DNA of 64,000 nucleotides from Clostridiales bacterium (GTDB lineage Bacteria; Bacillota; Clostridia; Monoglobales; JAIRYP01): NCBI GenBank assembly GCA_031267755.1, contig JAIRYP010000015.1, positions 142,538 to 206,537 of the forward strand, read 5' to 3'. Shown piece by piece: positions 59,040 to 64,000 of this stretch (position 1 is its first letter; each line of letters starts with the position of its first letter). The notes under the pieces were generated by a model. It saw only the letters and a program-made list of their open reading frames with translations, ran no database searches and was not told where the DNA came from. The position numbers and the translations under genes were made by a program.

Positions 59040-60455
59040 ATGATGAGAAAATACGTAACAAGTGTTGGGCTTGAGGTGCATGCTGTACTTTTAACAGTTT
59101 CAAAGATATTTTGTAAATGTAGATCAAAAACAGGCAGCGAACCTAATGAAGATATTTGTCCTATTTGTATGGGATATCCCGGAACACTTCCTAATATTAA
59201 TAAAAAAGTTTTTGATCTTGCCATAAGAGTTGGACTTATATGCAATTGCCAAATAAATCGTTGTATACATTTTGATAGAAAAAATTATTTTTATCCCGAT
59301 ACTTCAAAATCATATCAGATTACTCAAAGTGAGATGCCAGTTGCAAAAAACGGCTATTTTAAACTTCCGAGTAATGGAAAAATTATTAAAATAGAAAGAA
59401 TACATCTTGAAGAAGATTCGGCTAAGATGTTTCACGATGAACATGATGTGACCTTGATTGATTTTAATCGCTCAGGGCGTCCACTTATTGAACTTGTTAC
59501 ATCACCAGATTTAAATTCTTTTAAAGAAGCATCAGAATTTGCTTCTGAAATATCTTCTGTTTTGGAATTTGGGGGAATTTCAGAAGCCAAAATGAACGAA
59601 GGTACAATTCGATTTGACGTAAATGTATCAATGAGTGAAAGTGATGATGTTTTTGGTCAAAGAGTTGAAATAAAAAATTTAAATTCTTTAGAATCATTAG
59701 AAATATCAATTCGCAAAGAGGAAGAAAGACAAAGAAAAATTATAGAAAGTGGAGGAAAAGTTAAACGCGAAACAAGAAGATATAATGAAAGCGAACAAGT
59801 TACTGAGCTGCTTCGAGATAAAGAGGAAAATTGTGATTATAGATATTTTTGTGAACCTGATATTCCAAGTATTTGTTTTACTGGTATGGAAATTGAAGCA
59901 ATTAAGAATCAGATTCCTCTTTTAGCAAGTGAGCGTTTCATTATATATACTGAAAAGTATAAATTACCAACAATTTCAGCCAAAACTATTTTATCAAATA
60001 AATGTATTTCAGATTTTTTTGATGAAGTTATAAAATTTTATGGAAATTATAAAAGCATTGCAAATTTTTTATTAAATGAGTTTTTAAGAAGATTTAAGGA
60101 ATGTTCGTATAAAATTCCATTTTCTGCATTTTTTTTTGCAAAACTTGTTGAAATGATAGATAAAGGAGTTGTTAGTTGTTTAAATGCTAAAGAGATATTA
60201 AGAATTATGTTTGAGAGTGGCGGAGATCCGTTAGAAATTGCTAAGAAATTTGGATTTATTTTAGTAGAAGATAGTAAAATTATTAAGGAAATAGTAGAAA
60301 ATATACTTGAAGAAAATGATAAAATGGTTAAAGATTATAAAAGTGGAAAAACAAATGTTTTGGGTTGTATAATGAAAGAAGCAATGAGTAAGCTTAGAAA
60401 TGCTCAGCCACAGGATATAAAGAAACAAATTGAAAACAAATTAAATAAAAAATAA
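59040..60455 (+). CDS. gatB: Asp-tRNA(Asn)/Glu-tRNA(Gln) amidotransferase subunit B
   Basis: Motifs: GLEVHAVL, CPICMGYPGTLP, DRKNYFYPD and HLEEDSAK. Confidence 0.95.
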   Translation: MMRKYVTSVGLEVHAVLLTVSKIFCKCRSKTGSEPNEDICPICMGYPGTLPNINKKVFDLAIRVGLICNCQINRCIHFDRKNYFYPDTSKSYQITQSEMPVAKNGYFKLPSNGKIIKIERIHLEEDSAKMFHDEHDVTLIDFNRSGRPLIELVTSPDLNSFKEASEFASEISSVLEFGGISEAKMNEGTIRFDVNVSMSESDDVFGQRVEIKNLNSLESLEISIRKEEERQRKIIESGGKVKRETRRYNESEQVTELLRDKEENCDYRYFCEPDIPSICFTGMEIEAIKNQIPLLASERFIIYTEKYKLPTISAKTILSNKCISDFFDEVIKFYGNYKSIANFLLNEFLRRFKECSYKIPFSAFFFAKLVEMIDKGVVSCLNAKEILRIMFESGGDPLEIAKKFGFILVEDSKIIKEIVENILEENDKMVKDYKSGKTNVLGCIMKEAMSKLRNAQPQDIKKQIENKLNKK

Positions 60456-60536
60456 TTTTTTATATCGTATATAATAAATAAAAAATGTTTATAATAATAA
60501 AATTATTATATTTTTGTAAATAAAGAGGGTGTAAAA

Positions 60537-62591
60537 ATGTCAGTGAAATTAAATATACCTTATTTGTGTCGGCATAGAAATGAAATATGGAATCCAGTTA
60601 CTAGAACCATTACTATTCCAGATGAAGTAACCGAAATCGAAATAAGTGCACTTAAATATTTTATTCAAGCGCCGGTGAGTGAAGGTGGACTTGGTTTAGG
60701 ATTTCGTGACATAAGAAATGTTGTTGTAGGCGAAAATAACACAACACCTCTAAGTGAACTTTTACTATTGCTTCCAAAATTTTTTTCACTTCATATTAAG
60801 GGTTCGCTTTATCCTAATTTTAATGATTGGAATTTTGAAGGGTTGGTTTTTACAACATTAAAATTGCCAGCGATTCATAAAGTTTCACTTTCTAATTTTA
60901 AGGTGCGCAATCTTGATTTATCAGAAACAAAAATTAAAGTTTTGGAAGGATCTGCGTTTGATCATGTTGATATTCAAAAATTATTTTTGCCTCCAACTTT
61001 AGAAGACGTTAAAAAATCTTGTTTGTATCATTGCGAAATTGGAGAAATTATATTTCATCCTGAAAGTTTTTTAAAAAGTATTGCCATTCAAAGCAATTTT
61101 GGTAGTAAATTAGGTAGGATATCGTTGCCAAAGAATGTAGATCTGACTAATAGTTCTTTTGCTTTTTCTGAAGCTGAAGAAATAGTTTTTCATCCTGAAT
61201 GCGTAATTAAAGAGATTCCAAAGCGATGTTTTGAATATAGCGGAGTCAAATATGTTCGTTTATCCAGAAGTGTAAAAGAAATTGGCGATAGTTGTTTTTT
61301 TGGCTCAAAAGTAAAAAAAGTTGATTCTCCTGAAGATAGCGAACTTCAATTGATTGGAGCTAGTTGTTTTCAAGGTACTCCTTTAGAATATTTTCCTTTT
61401 ACAAGAAAAGTTAGAAAGATATATTCATCTGCTTTTGCAAATACTAATATTAATAAAGTAATTTTACATGATGGTGTTGAAGAAATAGGTAGTAGTTCAT
61501 TTGAAGGCACTAGAATAGAAGAATTAGAAATTCCTGGTAGTGTTAAGTCTGTTGGTTCTTTAAGTTTTTCAGGATGTAGTCATCTTAGAAAAGTAACTTT
61601 TTTAGAAAGTGAAAATGGAGAAAGTAAATTAAGCAAATTAAGTTCTAGTGCATTTGATAAATCTGATATTAAGACAATAACTGTGCCACCAAATATAGAT
61701 CATGTTTATTTATCATCACTTCCCAGTAGCGTAGAGGAAGTTATAGTGACAGGCGATACTAAAATTTACGGTTATCTACCTGTTGGTTCGAAATTAGTTT
61801 TAAATTCAAAATCAATTCTTCCAAATGAATTTTATGTTCAGGATGCTGTTAAAAGAAAACCTGGTAGTGTTGTAATTCAGAAGTCAACCACTGGTTTTCA
61901 AGAAGGAAAAAGCGAAGATTCGCAGGGCAGTGTGTCGCCTTTAAAAATTATAAGTGATCCAAATGAAATTTTGAAATTTATAGAAGAACAAAAAGAAAAA
62001 GAACAAAAAGAAAATGAAGTTCTTTTTAAAGATTTTAGTTTGCAAAGTGAAGGAATTAATCTTCTTAAAGTTCTTTATATGGATGAAGTTAAATTGAGAG
62101 ATTCAATTCGTGATCTTTGTATTATGGTGATTGGTGATTTAAAAGTTATACCAAATAATCTTCAAAGAATATTTCTTGAATTAGTTAAAACTAACTCAAA
62201 ACAAGTTGAATATGTTGTTAAATTGTATGAAAAGTATGAACAAGAAGTTGAACGAATTAAAAACGAATGTAAAGATGAAAATGAAGCAAAAGAGGAATTA
62301 CGTACTCTTTTCGGTGGATTAAAAAATGATATGATTTCTTTTGAACGACATAGATGGTTTTTTTTACAAAAGTTACGTGATTTTATTGATTTGTTAGTAG
62401 ATTTTGTTGAGACCATAGCTCAAAGGAATGAAAAAGAAAAGGTGTTTCAAAAAAATAATTTTAATATTGATCAAGTTAGAGAGAGGGTTGGCCAAATTTT
62501 GAGAGTTCCTTCTTTAAAAAAACCCCCAAATGATTTTAAGTTACTTTCTGAATCACATGATACTAGCGTTGGGTTAAAATCAAGTAAATAA
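60537..62591 (+). CDS. BspA-type leucine-rich-repeat (LRR_5-like) protein with C-terminal helical domain
   Basis: Repeated ~23-25 aa units of the form I.IP.sV..Ig..aF..c..L..v, for example VKEIGDSCFFGSKVKKV, VRKIYSSAFANTNINKVILHDGVEEIGSSSFEGTRIEELEIPGSVKSVGSLSFSGCSHLRKVTF. No signal peptide. Confidence 0.7.
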   Translation: MSVKLNIPYLCRHRNEIWNPVTRTITIPDEVTEIEISALKYFIQAPVSEGGLGLGFRDIRNVVVGENNTTPLSELLLLLPKFFSLHIKGSLYPNFNDWNFEGLVFTTLKLPAIHKVSLSNFKVRNLDLSETKIKVLEGSAFDHVDIQKLFLPPTLEDVKKSCLYHCEIGEIIFHPESFLKSIAIQSNFGSKLGRISLPKNVDLTNSSFAFSEAEEIVFHPECVIKEIPKRCFEYSGVKYVRLSRSVKEIGDSCFFGSKVKKVDSPEDSELQLIGASCFQGTPLEYFPFTRKVRKIYSSAFANTNINKVILHDGVEEIGSSSFEGTRIEELEIPGSVKSVGSLSFSGCSHLRKVTFLESENGESKLSKLSSSAFDKSDIKTITVPPNIDHVYLSSLPSSVEEVIVTGDTKIYGYLPVGSKLVLNSKSILPNEFYVQDAVKRKPGSVVIQKSTTGFQEGKSEDSQGSVSPLKIISDPNEILKFIEEQKEKEQKENEVLFKDFSLQSEGINLLKVLYMDEVKLRDSIRDLCIMVIGDLKVIPNNLQRIFLELVKTNSKQVEYVVKLYEKYEQEVERIKNECKDENEAKEELRTLFGGLKNDMISFERHRWFFLQKLRDFIDLLVDFVETIAQRNEKEKVFQKNNFNIDQVRERVGQILRVPSLKKPPNDFKLLSESHDTSVGLKSSK

Positions 62592-62696
62592 GAAAATGAA
62601 TTTTGATTATAAAATTAAGTTGAAAATGTGATACAATTAACAAAGGGAATTATAAAGTTTTTATAAATTACATAAATGACTGCGAGTTGTTAAATT

Positions 62697-64000
62697 ATGA
62701 TTTTTGATCAAGATTATTTTAATGAACATTTTTTGGAAATTTGTGATCGCGAAAATCATATTTTTGTTTTTCCAGAAGAAGCAGATGAAATAGATGAAGC
62801 AGTTTTTCATCGTCTTAGACTTTTAGAGTTAATTACATTTTTAAGTGATTTGAAGAAAGTTAAATATGAACAAGACAGATTTGATGATGTTTGTCTTGCT
62901 TTTCCTAAAGAGCATTTTCCTGATTTGGAGTTAGAAATAAGTTTTGAACCTCTTGTTTGTTCTGGAAAAAATATTTTAGAATGGCTTGAATCATCTTTTA
63001 ATAGAGAAAGTCGGACTTTTTTATTTTCGCGTCAATTTAACTCGGATGTTATTTCAAGATTACTTGAATTCTTACAATATTATGAGGATATTTTTATTTT
63101 TCTTGTTTTGCTTAAAGAAGTTAGAATGAATCGTAATTTATATAAAAAGTATGAAAATTTATTTAAATTGTTTAGAACTTTTAATCCTGATGTTGTGTTT
63201 AAAGATAATAAAGGAAAGCCTTTATATGATATTGAATCGCCTTATGATCATGTTATAAATGATTTTTTCGCTCATGATTCTCATTCAGATGATTCAGAAG
63301 ATTTAAGCAATTTACATGATGATTTTCATGAAGATCATTTGTTTTCAAAACCAGACGATGATCCTCATTTTGAAGATCATTTGTTTTCAAAACCAGACGA
63401 TGATCCTCCTTCGGTTTTAGGTAGTGCTGAAGTTTTAAATACTACAGAGGTTCGGCCTACAAGCTCGTGTTCTTCTGAACTCTCAAAACCCCCATTAGAT
63501 TTTGATTTTGTTCAACCTATTTCAAAACTGCCCTCAAAATCACCATTAGATTGCAATTTTAACAAAATTTTTTTGAAAATTAACAATGAACAAAGAGATA
63601 CTTTTCTAATAAAGTTAGTTATTTTGAATTTTTACGGATATCCATTTATTAGTAATAAAGAAAGACGTTTGTTAAAGTTTTTTGTAAAATGTCTTGAAGA
63701 CGAAAAAAAAAATAATAGTATAAGGATTGATCTTGAACTTTTCGCTAATGAAATTTTACAAATACCAAGAAGATGTTCATCTTATAATTGGCTTACTATG
63801 TTTCATGGTTTGTTTATTGAATTTCGTTATAGGATGCAAAAGAAATTAGATTCTAGAAATTTTGTACTCAGATTTTTTTATTATATTTATGATGTGTGTT
63901 GTGATAGTTGGCGAGTAATCACAAAAAAGCGTCATGATTCTAACGCTATATTCGAAGAATTAAATATTCCGCACATGGACTATATTGAAGAATTGCAAAG
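62697..64000 (+). CDS. hypothetical protein, 3'-partial (runs off the window; not in the ORF track)
   Basis: Frame is open from ATG 62697 to the window end (>434 codons). Contains a perfect 36-bp direct repeat and an acidic/His-rich linker. No motif recognised. Confidence 0.6.
   Translation, partial: MIFDQDYFNEHFLEICDRENHIFVFPEEADEIDEAVFHRLRLLELITFLSDLKKVKYEQDRFDDVCLAFPKEHFPDLELEISFEPLVCSGKNILEWLESSFNRESRTFLFSRQFNSDVISRLLEFLQYYEDIFIFLVLLKEVRMNRNLYKKYENLFKLFRTFNPDVVFKDNKGKPLYDIESPYDHVINDFFAHDSHSDDSEDLSNLHDDFHEDHLFSKPDDDPHFEDHLFSKPDDDPPSVLGSAEVLNTTEVRPTSSCSSELSKPPLDFDFVQPISKLPSKSPLDCNFNKIFLKINNEQRDTFLIKLVILNFYGYPFISNKERRLLKFFVKCLEDEKKNNSIRIDLELFANEILQIPRRCSSYNWLTMFHGLFIEFRYRMQKKLDSRNFVLRFFYYIYDVCCDSWRVITKKRHDSNAIFEELNIPHMDYIEELQ
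63330..63407 (+). repeat. perfect 36-bp direct repeat, period 42 bp, in frame
   Basis: gaagatcatttgttttcaaaaccagacgatgatcct occurs at 63330-63365 and 63372-63407, encoding EDHLFSKPDDDP twice. Confidence 0.9.

Noticed and set aside
58991-59245. 84-aa minus-strand ORF at the ackA-gatB junction
   Set aside because: It overlaps the well-supported gatB N-terminus (GLEVHAVL, CPICMGYPGTLP) on the opposite strand.
1-64000. CRISPR arrays, rRNA operons, IS elements or transposases, and toxin-antitoxin or restriction-modification modules
   Set aside because: No regularly spaced direct repeats, rRNA-like conserved blocks, transposase or integrase motifs (DDE, tyrosine or serine recombinase), or methyltransferase/endonuclease motifs were recognised on either strand.

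Overview
This is a very AT-rich chromosomal window from an endospore-forming Firmicute that looks like Clostridia. Sporulation genes present are spoIIIAF-AG-AH, a CotF-like pair, dpaA/dpaB and yaaT, and prkC/stp are also here. All homology calls below are by-eye motif recognition; no database search was possible. About two thirds of the window is ordinary housekeeping: pyk, pgi, a dnaC-like gene, mnmG, thrS, lepB, rplS, tRNA-Met(CAT), cvpA, rho, uppP, ftsK, a P-type Ca-ATPase, holB, tpiA, gpmI, folP, folB-folK, addB, RNase P RNA, a serA-like gene, rpe, prkC, stp, rlmN, ackA and gatB. The unusual part is that normally conserved gene neighbourhoods are repeatedly broken, and the gaps are filled with orphan genes. 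None of these orphans is flanked by an integrase, a transposase or a tRNA. (1) A membrane-anchored protein between rlmN and ackA carries both signature boxes of the eukaryotic ubiquitin-specific protease (USP, peptidase C19) fold. (2) A roughly 9.9 kb island lies between gpmI and folP. It holds three tandem paralogues of a novel all-helical family and a 641-aa orphan, and it shows molecular fossils of segmental duplication: a twice-repeated ~175 bp terminator/promoter cassette and a stranded relic of the gpmI 3' end. It also holds a divergent XRE / RinA-like regulator pair and a 729-aa repeat protein containing a G10 tract. (3) A duplicated small-gene cassette lies between mnmG and an N-terminally shortened thrS. 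Its members have conserved 5' and 3' ends and variable bodies, and one copy is split exactly at a G8 tract. (4) Other accessory genes include a class-3 (eukaryote-like) lipase, a protein with a bilobed hydrophobic hairpin, a BspA-type LRR protein, and a partial orphan with a perfect 36-bp repeat. Together these suggest a host-interaction or contingency-gene repertoire in a reduced, host-associated spore former. That interpretation is inference. No CRISPR array, rRNA or recognisable mobile element was seen.
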